Of a DNA stretch of 64,000 nucleotides, positions 11,521-23,451 are shown piece by piece. Both the position numbers and the translations under genes were made by a program. The notes under the pieces are model-generated. The model made no database searches. It was not told the DNA's origin and worked only from the letters and a program-made list of their open reading frames with translations. Origin of the DNA: Lama glama (lineage: Eukaryota). The DNA lies in the NCBI GenBank assembly GCA_028534125.1, contig CM052823.1, positions 66,836,001 through 66,900,000 on the forward strand, given 5' to 3'. Each line of letters begins with the position of its first letter. Within the stretch, counting starts at the first letter, position 1.

Positions 11521-13755
11521 CTATGACACAGAAGACACAACAGAATTGTCTAGAATACAGATCATTAATGAGCTTTGAAGCATCATCCCTTCCAAGGAGA
11601 GTCTTACCCTTGAGCCAAATAACTAAGTGGGGCACTTTAGGAATCAGTGATTGACAGTTTGAGTAAAGTGTGTGCTCTGGGTTCTAAGATTAAAGCCATA
11701 TGAGTGGCAAAAACATAGATGTCTACATCCCACTTTAAGTGTGTTTTAAACACACTTAAGAACATGCATAAGACCATGACTTTTAAGTAACCTGTGTTTC
11801 TGCACTCCTCTGCAGAAAAGCAAAGGACTTTCAATGTGAGTGAAATTTGCACTTCTAAGCAGTGATCAAGGCCCAGGCAAGCTAGCCAGTCAGTCCACAG
11901 CACGCTGGATGGCTCTGGCCTGCAAGTCTCTAGGGTTAAGTAGTGTGAAGTCAGATTAGTGAGTTTAGGTCAGAAGCTTGGTGTTACCACTCAAGCATAA
12001 AAATACTCATCCATTTCATGCACTTCTTTATTCACATTCAAAATCTTAATTGCTCCAAAGCCCAGTATTACCAGTTTGCATCTGAATCTCTGCCCTGTGT
12101 CAGCCTCTGTATGCTGGGATCCCAGTTTGGGACAGAGATGATGGAAGGTGTATACGGGTCTTTTTTGCCTGCTGATTAATTCACACAATAGATGACTCCC
12201 TGCCTTTCATCCCTGAAACTAATTAACGAAGGGCTGGAATGAGAAGGTACTCAAACTGAAAACATATGCAAAGCAGCATGCAGATTAGAAGAACCATTAG
12301 ATTAAAAGCAACTGCGCAGACTTGCAGGCCCTCTCAGGCATCCTCTTCTACCTTTGTCTGGAAGCCACTTTCTTGCAACCTGCCTTTGTGTAGCTGTCAA
12401 AACCCCAAACTTAAAGCTATTGGCTCAGTGATCAGACACTGGGTTTTGGGGTCAGGAAGTTAGGTTGGGGAGGGGGGTGGGGCTTTTTGTGGCTGTCTGA
12501 GCAACTGCAGAAGAGTTGTTTGATCTTTGCAGGCTCCAAAAGTGACAACCAGCTCCAGTGGGTCTTTGGGTAGATAAGCCATGGCAGGGGGACCTTTTAC
12601 CGGTCTTTGAAGAATATGAGGTTGGGTCAGCTATTTGTCATTCAGAGGGGCAGCTCCAGAACGGAACCGAGCACCAAAGCCCAAATGAATACCTGATGAA
12701 AGGAGTCAGGCCTCACCATGCTAGCTCCTCCCCAGGCTTTGGCAGATTCTGTAAGCTTGTGCTAATGAACTGGCTTTAAACCATCCAAGATCCTTTAAAC
12801 TCTCACTCTGAAGAGCAAGAAGCTGCAAGACCTTCAGGAGAAATTGGTGGACAGATGCTGGGATGATGTCACTGATAAGCAAGGCTGTTCACCAGAAGTC
12901 TTAGACTAACTGGTCATTCTAACAGGGGAAAGGTATCCAGGAGCAATGTTTTCTTCCTGAGACTCATCCAAGGAAAACAATTGATAAAGTCGAATCTCTT
13001 CCTAAGAAGGTGAAAATAAATGCTTCCCTTTCCTAAAATGCTTGGTGAGCTGCTAGCCCCCTTTCCCCTTCCTAGCACCCACCCACCCCAACCCTGAAGC
13101 CCAGGAGTAAAACATAAGTAAATATAGGAGTCTTTGGCAATTCCTTGTTTAAGGAGATTATGGCAATGTCTCAGCATCAGCATGCAAATGCAAAAAATGT
13201 CTAAGCAGGATAATCTGGGTCGGAATGCCAGGAAACAGGAATTCACAATGCAGGACTCCGGGGAGGAAGAGCTGGAGAACTCAGGTCAGCAGGATGGGAA
13301 AATCGGCCTCTGAGAATCACACAGCACAGTCCGTATGCACGGCGTCCTCAGGACTGAGCAAAGAAGGGAAAAACACTCCTTTCCATCCCTAGCCCATGAG
13401 GGGTTTCTAGGGCCGTGGTGGGAAAATTTAATCCTCTAGAAGCTAAATGGAGTTGACAGCATAGTTCTGCATGGGACTGGCAGACAGAAGCAGGATTTGA
13501 ATAATGAATTGCAACCCTGAAGGATCAGGTTCAGGCTAGCTCCATTCCACAGAAATATAAAGTGAGCCTTATGTGTAAAGTTTAAATTTTCTAGTGGCCA
13601 TGTTTTAAAAGGTAAGAAGAAATAGGTACAATGAATTTTATTAATACCTTTTACTTAGCTCAACATATCCAAAATAGTACCATTTCAACACATAATCAAT
13701 ATAAGTAGTATCTGAGATAGTTTACACTCATTTAAATGTTGAATTAATTGAAAAT

Positions 13756-13920
13756 GGGGGGAGGGTATAGCTCAGTGGTAGAGTTTGTGCTTAGCATGAA
13801 GGAGGTCCTGAGTTCAATCCCCAGTACCTCCACCAAAAAAACTAAACCTAATTACCTCCCCCCACAAAGAAAATAAAAATAAATAAATAATAATAAATAA
13901 AATTAAATTATTAAAAAAAG
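13756..13920 (+). mobile_element. Camelid tRNA-Ala-derived SINE (Vic-1 type), long form
   Basis: ggggagggtatagctcagtggtagag...ggtcctgagttcaatccccagtacctcc followed by aaacctaattacctcccccc and an A-rich tail. Confidence 0.9.
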
Positions 13921-14008
13921 AAAATAGAGTAAATAAAAAATGTGGTTCCTCAGTTGCTCAAACTACATACAGTCTGCCTGCTCAACAGCACATGAGACTG
14001 GTGGCTAC

Positions 14009-14477
14009 TGCTGGGCCAACTGGCGCCCTTCCAAGTCCAGCGACTCCCGTTCCTGGTCTCTCACATGTCTGCCTCAACAGATAAAAGTACATTCTTTCCT
14101 GGGTATGTTTCCCCCAACAAACTATTAGCCCTAGGTAATGCCCAATCTCGCAAGAGCTCAGGCTGGCTTGTTTCAGCCCACTTTATCAGAGGCATAAATC
14201 CCACCGCCCCTCACAGACCCTAAACTTCTGACCTCACCTACAACCAATCAGAGCCTTGTGCACAAGCCGGTCAGGCACCCTGTGACCCTACCTTATAAAA
14301 GACCCCAATAACTGGCCCTCAGTGCTCACAGGAACCTCTTGTCTGTGTGGCCCGCTGTTGTCTATGACAGCGCACACCTGGTAAACTCCTTTACTGTTCT
14401 CCTTCATCTCTGGTAAATTCTTTAACCAACCCGTCGGTCACCATGTCACCGACCAGCCGCTGCTGCGTCCCACAATA
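14009..14477 (+). mobile_element. Solo LTR (ERV1-like), relatively well preserved
   Basis: TG start, aaccaatcag CCAAT (~14243), ttataaaa TATA (~14293), tctctggtaaattcttt U5 motif, TSD gctac/gctat, inserted in MER3/33. Confidence 0.75.
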
Positions 14478-14737
14478 GCTATCACATCAGCCAGCACAGG
14501 TCTAGAACAAGGGCTCTCAAATAAGGAAGCTTTCAACATTTTAAATTTGGGTCCAGAAAACTGAGTTATATGAACATATGTGTTTCACCTGAACTTGACA
14601 GTCTCAATGTGCTCCTGTAAAATTTAATTGTGCACACTCCCAACAACCACGTGTATGAGACTGTGGTGTTCGAGGCAGACAGACTGCAATCCTTCAGGAG
14701 ACTGTAAAAATGTGAGAGGGTCGGAAATGATAGTAAC

Positions 14738-15163
14738 TGTCTTTATCAGTCAGGATAGATGAGGTTTTCCTTCAGGAACAAAGCACCCCAAAATGTTGGT
14801 GCTTTAAAACCTCATGAAAATTTATTTCACACAGGTGCTACACGGCCAACCTGGGTTGGTGAAGGGGGATTTAGCAAGATGGGGAGACTCTGCTGTGCAT
14901 CCTTGCTCCTGACCCACTGTGACAGAGCAGTCACCACCTGGAACACCACTGGTCACCAAGGTAGAAGGAAAGGTCCTCTCACAGTCTCACAAATGTGAAT
15001 GCATGATGAGCCTAGAAGTGACACGAGTCACTTCCTTTCATGGGCTCGAACCAGTTTCCTGGCTACGCCCAGTCCCAAAGTGACCAGGAAGTACAATTCT
15101 ATAACGTACATAAAAGGCATGCAGGGACGGAAAACTTGGTGAACAGGACTCTGACAGTCCCAC
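14738..15163 (-). mobile_element. MLT1K/L-like LTR
   Basis: tatcagtcaggataga...aacaaagcaccccaaaat...gaagtgacacgagtcacttcc...ccaggaagtacaattcta. Confidence 0.7.
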
Positions 15164-15979
15164 TGTCTTTCTGACAGTGGCTTGTTGTTGTAAAGGTAAC
15201 TCAAATTATATACAAGGACCAGAATGGAGTACTGTGTTAAGCTTCCTTAAAGAGGCTGGGCCATTCCTGTTTTATTAAGAAAACACTGCCTGTGTGTTTG
15301 TGCTTTTGTGGAGAATATCCAGAAAGAGAAATTTTCTTGTAGCTGAGGTTCAAATAGGAGAAAGGCACAGGGAACAGTTGTTTTTTTCCCCTCTCTGCCA
15401 AGAAATCAGAAATGCAGTTTCTCAGTTGATCTGAGACAAGAGTAAGAATTTTCTAAGATACCAGGCCTCATAAAGGAAAGTAACACAAAGGAATTGCTTA
15501 CGTTGGGGGAGCAAATTCACCCCAAGCATTAAACAACGTAAAAATAACCCAATGTAAAAATATATTTCCAAAGGCACTGAGTGTGAAGATGTTAATAAGG
15601 GGAAAAGAGATTATTTGAAGTGGAAAATATTGCCTTGTTTATTTTTGAATCACAGAATCTTTTTTTTTTTCAGCAGGAAGTCTAACCTCCTTTTATAGAA
15701 TAGAAAATTAGGTAAGAGAGGTTATGCTTTCCCTGAGAGTGGCATTTAGCTCTAGACTCCTAATTCCCCAGTTAATGGTTTTTCTATCCTGGTGATGTAA
15801 TTTACACACTGGTGGAGTCAGGGGCTCCTCTTTAGTTCTTCCTTTCCTCTTTATTTCTAACTCTGTCTTCAATCTTGAGAGATGAAGATAGATGTGAGTT
15901 TCATGACATCAGGGACCATAAATGTCCATCTTTCTTTAATGAGCATTTCTGTTTGCAGATCGAAATAAAGCTAGGGACC

Positions 15980-16230
15980 TGATGTGGACCAAAGTGTGTG
16001 CCCCTCACCCTTCTCTGCAAATCATATGTTGAAGCCTGAACCTTTATGTGGCTGTAATTGGAGACAGGGCTTTTAAGGAGATAATTAGGTCAAATGAGGT
16101 CACAGGGTGGGGCCCTGATCCCAGAGGACTGGTGTCCTTACAAGAGGAAGAGAGCTCTCTTTGTGCACAGAATAAAGGCTATGTTTAGGTCTCTGATATT
16201 TTGCTGTGACAGCCCAAGCATCCTCATACA
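15980..16230 (+). mobile_element. MLT1A/B-like solo LTR with internal deletion
   Basis: aaatcatatgttgaagcc...aatgaggtcacagggtggggccctgatccc...ggactggtgtccttacaagagg; TSD ggacc/gaacc. Confidence 0.8.
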
Positions 16231-16669
16231 GAACCTATCCCACAATCCGCTCCATTAGTCATACAGAACGTCTTGCTTGGGCACAATGAACAGTATGTTT
16301 CACGCATGTGTTCAACTGCTACCTGAATTTAGTGAGGCCTAGAATCATGGTTGGCACCAAATTGGATGCTGATGGGGACATGAAGCATGACAAGACACTG
16401 CCTCCCAGGAGTGCAGAGACGGAGATGCAGAAATGACCACAGTAAAAATCACTGCGGTCTATAAATACAGTGGGTCCAGGAAAAACAAACTCTGACAGGG
16501 ATGTTGAGAAGCTTTCGTAGAGGAGGCAGCCACGGGTGGGTAGGGCTTTTTCCCTCAGCTTCCTCATCCCAAATTGTCCTTTCAGTTTGACTTACTGGTG
16601 TGTCATCAACACACACACATACCATTTCTTAGTGAAGTCAACATGGGCATATTTATTAAAGAGAAAGAA

Positions 16670-16870
16670 ACTAACATTTCTTGAGTACCAGCTATGTGTA
16701 AAGAAAGCACTTAGAGATTTCATGACTTAGAAACCCACAACATCTCAGTTTGGTATTTTTATGCTCACTTTACAGATAAAGAAACAAACTTCAGGTAACT
16801 TGCCTAAGAAGATAAGCTTGTTAGAACAGAACGGAGATAAGATTTGAACCCAGACTGGGTTTACTCCAAA
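16670..16870 (-). mobile_element. MIR SINE
   Basis: ctaacatttcttgagt...ttttacagataaagaaac...aacttgcctaag...gatttgaacccagac. Confidence 0.7.
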
Positions 16871-17685
16871 AAACAGCATATTGCCCCTGTGAAGTGAAAA
16901 ATGTTGCTGCTTAAGATCTCAGATAAATCCTTCTCAAAGATTAGTTATTGTTGAACTTGACATTTCACTTTACTTGTAGGTTTATTTATTGATTTTCTTA
17001 AATTTACATGTCAAAGATCATTGTGTGTTTTTTCCACTGAGTTACCCTGATCAGTGCCTGGGACTGGTGCTTAATAAATATTTGTTGAATAAATAATTGC
17101 TTTTAGCGCTTTAAAAAGATATAAAGTGTAGCTTTTAGAACAGTAAATAGATTCTACATCAACTGATCTCTACCTGGTTGAAATGCAAAGAGGTATGATG
17201 CTTCAAGGTGAAGATGGGTGAAGAGGTTCTTTCAGGCTGATGGCATTTTTGGACTTGTGGAATCTGAGGAGTCATGGGGATTTGAGGAGATACCTATCGA
17301 GTACCTGGAAAAGCCAGCCTTGACATCTAGATATACTTGTGGGGCCATCTTCACAGGAGGTGGCTGAGGTGATGGAAAGGCAGAACTGAGGGACAGAGGC
17401 AGGATGAGGAAGCAGTAGAAGTCCAGGAGACTTGCTGACTTCCTGTTACTAGGAGGCACATGTGTCCCAAACCGAGCTATTAGGCCTTTATTCCTCCTCA
17501 ATTCCAATCCCCAAATGTCAGATCTGTCATCTAATATTCTTTTTTTTATGCCTTTGTTAACACTTTTTTTTTTCCATCAGGACTCACCTTCTCTCATTCT
17601 TCAAACCCCAATTCTATGAAACCTCCCTGACCTCAGCTTTTACTGCTTTATCTCCCTCTGAATTTCTGCTGCTTCACTCTTAAAC

Positions 17686-18040
17686 CAGCAATCTCTGCTT
17701 TTCTGATTGCACACCCCTACCAGCAGAGCATTTTGAGCATATCTCCCAATATATGTGATTATTGATTCTTTAAAATATATACATACAACTGCTCTAAGAT
17801 ATCATGTAGCAAAGAGGGAAATTTTAAAAGATGAGATAAAAATGAAATAATATTTTAAAATACCATGCTAATTGTGATGTCTTCATGTTTTTATTAGCTT
17901 ATATCTCAAGGAAAAATATTCACTCAGGGACATGGTTCATTCTTCATGATAGTGGACATAAATCTACATTTCCAGTGATTTTTCTTTTTTGATAATTTCA
18001 AAACTTTGTTGACACCCTGCCATATTTGAAAAGACCACTG
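17686..18040. mobile_element. hAT-Charlie-like non-autonomous DNA transposon
   Basis: Ends cagcaatctc... and ...catatttgaaaagaccactg resemble Charlie TIRs; AT-rich body. Confidence 0.45.
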
Positions 18041-19089
18041 TTGTGTTGACCTCTTGTTAAAGCAAAGAAAGAGCTTATGCCAGGAGAGGTGAAAATGTCA
18101 GCCTTGTCACTTTCTTGTAGTCAATTTGTACTAAAGTCACTAATATTATTCTCAATCCATGGATAACTTACAAAAAAAAATTCCTGCATTTGTCCAATGT
18201 AGGAATCATGGTATTTAGTCTTTGCTAACTAACTGATAAGTCCATTCAAATAGGGACAGATATGTTCATTTCTCACAGTTATTGGAAAGTAGAGCAGCCA
18301 CTGTCAACTCTTCCTCCCTGTAAAAATTCCATTCCTTCCCCAGGACACGTGCTTCTCTGACATGTGGTCCAGGTAAAGATTCCAGTGTCGCCCCCCAACC
18401 CCTTTTGGGGTACACTCATACCCTATCAGAGAACTGTGGTCCCTTCCATAGTCCAAAGCACTGGATTACTTATTGGCTTGAATTGTTCTGTTTCACATGT
18501 GTGTTTCTTTAACTTCTCAAGTTGTTAGTAACACTTTGAAAGTCGAGGTGACCATGTTGTTTGTCTCTGCTGATGGACTGGTGACATGCTTTAAACTCCT
18601 TCCTCCTTTATTTGTGTCCACCTTTTCAGGAAGTTTGAGTCAAGGGGAAGCTAGGGTCCAAAGATTAATTGAGTAGCCAGCATTTCCAGTGTGATGTATA
18701 TCAACCAACCACAAGAATCCAGTTCTTACACCAACATCTATTGTCTCCCTCTGGATTTCCCAATTTACATCTCTTGTCAAGGAAGGGTACTCTCCCTTAA
18801 AAGCCCTGCATAGTTCTTGTTTTATAGCTGTTAATTAGAATGTTCTATTCTTGTATTCTGTCCGTCTCCCCTCTTCCCTTCTCCCCCTCTATTCCCAGCT
18901 CCTTCTGCAGTACAGAATCTCACCTGATGAAGTTTACAAACACACACACACAGAAACACACAATCCGAGAAATTACATTTTTTTAAAACTTCCCTCCCCA
19001 AGATAGCAATTCAGAAATAGCACCTTCCATGCAGTCTATCTGTAAGCAGCATTTCTTGGCCTGAGCCTCAGTATGAACACCTAGCTAAG

Positions 19090-19352
19090 CGCTTTCACGT
19101 CCGGTGTGATGACTGAGGCAGTCTCGCCTGAGCCCGTCACTGTGCACAGGAAAATGATAGACAATGACTGGCAGGGGTGAAAGACCACTCACCGCGGTGA
19201 CACAGGGTCTTACCCAGGCTCTTTCTGTTTACAATGGTGGCTGCATCAGCTCACTGGCTTGTATATTTCAATGCAGATAAAAATCCTACCCGCTTCATAA
19301 GCTTGTTTTCAGGATTACTGAGAAATGATACAGTAAATGTACTTTGAAAAAC
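19090..19352 (+). mobile_element. MIR SINE (degenerate)
   Basis: cctacccgcttcataagcttgttttcaggattactgagaaatgatacagtaaatgtactttgaaaa. Confidence 0.5.
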
Positions 19353-19354
19353 AC

Positions 19355-19733
19355 ACATGTGTGAACACTATTCGTTTGTCCAAACCCATAAAATGTATAA
19401 CATCAAGAGTGAATCCTAATGGAAATTGGGGTCTTTGGGTAACAATGTTTTGTTAATGTATGTTCATCAATTAAAAAAATTTTTTTAATGGAGGTACTGG
19501 GAATTGAGCCCAGGACCTCATGCATGCTAAGCATGTGCTCTACCACTGAGCCATTACCCTCCACCCATGTTCATCAATTATAACAAATGTACCTACCACT
19601 CAGGTCGGGTCTGCTGATAATGAGGGAGATGATACTTGTGTGGGGGAAGGGGGCATATGGGAAATCTCTGTACCTCCCTCACAAGTTTGCTGTGAACCTA
19701 AAAATGCTCCAAAAAAGAACATCTATTAAAAAG
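19355..19733 (+). mobile_element. L1MC1/L1MB8-like 3' end, interrupted by a SINE
   Basis: tttgtccaaacccataaaatgtataacatcaagagtgaatcctaatg...atatgggaaatctctgtacct...tgctgtgaacctaaaa. Confidence 0.8.
19474..19566 (-). mobile_element. Camelid tRNA-Ala-derived SINE, short form
   Basis: Reverse tRNA-like head plus T tail; perfect TSD atgttcatcaatta at 19460-19473 and 19567-19580. Confidence 0.92.
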
Positions 19734-20129
19734 AGTACTAGGTATTGTACAAATGCTAGATGTCATAACAAACTTCCTATCTTCTGCAAATATTCTCCAT
19801 TCTTCTGCACTTATAACCCTGGACAATAGGCAGTTCTTAAATTTCTCTCCAAGGAGAGGTGAGATACATATGGAAATTGTTTGTTTTAATCAGTGCTTAG
19901 AGAGTGATTTAATACACAGGAGTATCAGTGGTAGCTCAGAAGGGCATTTTAGACAGGACTGAGGATGGTAGGGGTGGGTATGGGAGCTCCCTAAATCTTT
20001 GTTTTCTTATTTATCCTTCATCTTTCAGTCCATTCTTTAACAGCTTCCATGTGCTTACTTACACACACCTTGGCCTTCAGGCTAAGGAAATGGTACTATT
20101 CTATGCCATAGGTACCTCCTGATTAATTC

Positions 20130-20255
20130 TTTATTTATTAGTTAATTCAGTAGCATTTATTAAATACTTAGCATGTGCTAGAAATTACTTAAGGTGCTGG
20201 GGGTAAAAAAACTCATAGACAAGAAATATTTTCTGTTCTCAAGGAGCTCCAGTTC
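20130..20255 (-). mobile_element. L2 3' end
   Basis: attcagtagcatttattaaatacttagcatgtgctag...tgttctcaaggagctc. Confidence 0.65.
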
Positions 20256-21396
20256 ATGACTTCTGCAGCCCTTCAAGATTGAATACATATATCAAATCAT
20301 TTTCTCCTAAATAAATGGTGGACTTCTGCAGAAATAGTTATCAGGGTGAAGGTCTTATTGCGGTCTAGTTAAAATGCATGTGAAAGGATTAAATTTATTC
20401 AGATACCCTGGGAAATAAAATCTTTGGTAAACTGTCTCAGTTCTTACTCCCTCTTCTTTCATGGTGCCCAAATCAACCTGGCTAGGAAACTTCCCCAAGA
20501 AATCCCCATTGCATCACTCAGTTAGGAAGCAGACCACATGTAGACTAACCTAAGACAGGCAATGTCTTTCTAGGCTGGGCCCATCAACCTGGCTGGGGGT
20601 GTTGCTTGAGGGCCTTTGATCTGTGTTTTTTAAGATGAGATTACTTACACCCATAGAGTTCTCTCTTATAAAATACGGCACTTCTATTTTCAAAGCACTT
20701 ATTCTAGTTTTGAAATAATCCTATGACAGGGGCAGGATTATTATGGGCAGGGCAGTTATTATGCTTATTTTACCACGCACAAATTGAGGCAGAGATGAAG
20801 TAAGTGATTCTCCATTGCCTGAAATTCCTAAGTTGTAGAATTAAGACTAAAATTCTTCCATAGAAATTATTCTGTGATGACGTTCTGTTTCTCATCATTT
20901 GTTGCCTACATTTCATGCTGTATCATTCCACGTCATGGCATGTCATACTGATTAATTTCCTTTCATCTTTTAACATATACAAGTATTTAGATTACCATTT
21001 CATGCAAGGTAGTGTTTAATGGAGAGATGGATGCGGTATGTTCCTTTGGTTGAAAGAACTTGCAATCTATTGTTTGTGTTTCTACTAATGCTTCCAGTTC
21101 TTTCCAGTGCAGCAAAGGCACCTTCCTGATGGCACAGTGGGAGCTATTCACATGCTGGAGAATCCAAAGTCCCCCAGCAATTGTAGGGGTGAGTATCCAG
21201 TGGTGCTGGATCCAGATGGCATCAGCAAAGCACCATGGATCGCATGACTTCCTTATATTTTCTGAGCCTGGTTCTCATCTCTTCTGTCAACTCTCTGATG
21301 TGCCCACTATACTTCCAAAAATTTATTTTTCTTTTTAATTTTAACATTAGTTTCTGTTGAGTTTGACCAAGAATCCTGATATATTTTTCCAAGTTT

Positions 21397-21480
21397 ATGT
21401 GTATGTATATATATATATAAAAATATGAAAATTATATAACAGACATATTTCATGTGTGTGTGTTTATGTGTGTGTGTGTA
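21397..21480. repeat. (TA)n and (TG)n microsatellites
   Basis: tatatatatatata and tgtgtgtg runs. Confidence 0.85.
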
Positions 21481-21551
21481 GAAAGAAATACATATGTAAA
21501 GAAATTATATTCCAAAGAAAGATCCTAGGACAAGTGTTTCTAGTCTAGGTT

Positions 21552-22276
21552 TCTCCATAAGTAAAACAAAACGACAACCTATGGAACAGGAGAAAGTATT
21601 TGCAAGTGATGCAATTGACAAAGGTTTTAATTTCCAGAATATTAAACAGCTCATACAACTTAATAACAAAAAAACAATAACCCAATCCAACATCAGCAGA
21701 AGACCTANNNNNNNNNNNNNNNNNNNNNNNNNNNNNNNNNNNNNNNNNNNNNNNNNNNNNNNNNNNNNNNNNNNNNNNNNNNNNNNNNNNNNNNNNNNNN
21801 NNNNNNNNNNNNNNNNNNNNNNNNNNNNNNNNNNNNNNNNTCACTCAAAAGTCCACAAATNNNNNNNNNNNNNNNNNNNNNNNNNNNNNNNNNNNNNNNN
21901 NNNNNNNNNNNNNNNNNNNNNNNNNNNNNNNNNNNNNNNNNNNNNNNNNNNNNNNNNNNNNNNNNNNNNNNNNNNNNNNNNNNNNNNNNNNNNNNNNNNN
22001 NNNNNNNNNNNNNNNNNNNNNNNNNGACTTCTAATTCCTGTTTACCTCAATACTCATAGTGGCACTATTTACAATAGCAATCTAAGCATCCGTTGACAGA
22101 TGACTGGATAAAGAGNNNNNNNNNNNNNNNNNNNNNNNNNNNNNNNNNNNNNNNNNNNNNNNNNNNNNNNNNNNNNNNNNNNNNNNNNNNNNNNNNNNNN
22201 NNNNNNNNNNNNNNNNNNNNNNNNNNNNNNNNNNNNNNNNNNNNNNNNNNNNTGACATCACTCATAGGTGGAATTT

Positions 22277-22307
<31 letters not shown>

Positions 22308-22640
22308 AGAAAAAAGAGGACACTTACGAACTCATCTACAAAACAGAAACAGACTCACAGACATAGTAAATAATCTTATGATTACTGGAGGGAAAGGGGA
22401 TGGGAAGGTATAAATTTGGGAGTTTGAGATTTGCAAATGTTAACCACTATATGTAAAAATAGATAAAAAACATTTCTTCTGTATAGCATAGGGAACTATA
22501 TTCAATGTCTTATAATAACCTTTAATGAAAAAGAGTATGAAAACAAATATATGTATATATATGCATAACTGGGATATTATGCTGTATACCAAAAATTGAC
22601 ACATTATAACTGATTATACTTTAATAAGAAAAAAAAAAAA
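21552..22640 (+). mobile_element. Young lineage-specific L1, 5'-truncated (three N gaps)
   Basis: ORF2 C-terminal frame EQEKVFASDAIDKG...LIQLN, L1 3' UTR, poly-A, and approximate TSD ctaggtttc/ctgggtttc. Confidence 0.9.
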
Positions 22641-23302
22641 CCTGGGTTTCCAAGGTTTTCATGGTCACTCGTACATAGAATGCCCCCTACAGGTTACCAT
22701 TCCATGCTTCTGGCCTTGTCCTTAGCACTGTTTCCCTGGCCCTCTGTTGCCACCTGATCTTAGAGTCTCCCCTCCTATACTCAGTGCAGACTCTGTTTGC
22801 AGAGTCAAGGTAAAGAGAGAGAGAGAGATGCTACTGAAGGCAGCACCTGCTATCACATGAGCTTCTGCCCATCCTCTTGAAGCAAAATGTTGCCAGTCTA
22901 GTTCTAAAACCTAGGTTCTGGAAAGGGATGCAAGGCATCCATTACCAGATGCATCTGGTTAGAGCATGCCTCATTTTGTAAAAGGAGTTCCAGGACCACC
23001 ATGAGTGGGAAGAGCTTGTGGTCTGTCTGGGAAAAAGCTTTTGACAAGAGACTGTCTTAGAAAACCACAAAATGAAGTAGAAAGGTAGCACTTGGAACAG
23101 ACAAACTGGGGTGCATTGTCTATATCAGAAAATGGTTACAGATTTGAAGTAACTAAATTCTGGAATTCTCTATGACCCAAGAGTCATCCACTGCCATCTA
23201 CAGTGGGGCCTGTTCAGACATCCAGAACTTTTGATCAAATTAATAGGCAAAACTGATTTTAAGTGACGTTTTACAGAATGACCTTGCTATACTATCTATA
23301 AC

Positions 23303-23451
23303 AAGAGGGGTTCTCACTCATGGCTGCGTATCAGCAACACTGACAGACTGTCCCTAAAATCTGATGTCCAGACTTAGAAATTCTAATATAATTTGTCTTT
23401 TTTAAGATTCCCCAGGGAAATCTAACGTTGAGGCCAGAATGGAAGCCATTG
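23303..23451. mobile_element. MER5-like hAT MITE
   Basis: ggttctcactcatggctgcgtatcag...ttaagattccccagggaaatctaacgttgaggccagaatggaagccattg. Confidence 0.6.

Larger units (their letters stand above)
13537..14500 (+). mobile_element. MER33/MER3-like hAT-Charlie MITE hosting a SINE and a solo LTR
   Basis: agaaatataa...tttaaattttctagtggcca...tatccaaaatagtaccatttcaacacataatcaatataa; the end gtggctac|...|cacatcagccagcacag is split by the LTR. Confidence 0.75.

Noticed and set aside
10875-11540. Longest ORF (221 aa, - strand)
   Set aside because: Non-ATG start, no recognisable domain, and composition typical of non-coding DNA
13756-13832. tRNA-Ala(AGC)-like sequences (also 19489-19566 and 42603-42680) as tRNA genes
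   Set aside because: A-rich tails, TSDs and broken stems identify them as SINE insertions
21545-22278. ORFs containing long X runs (also ~35700-36500 and ~56330-56600)
   Set aside because: Artefacts of translating N gaps inside L1
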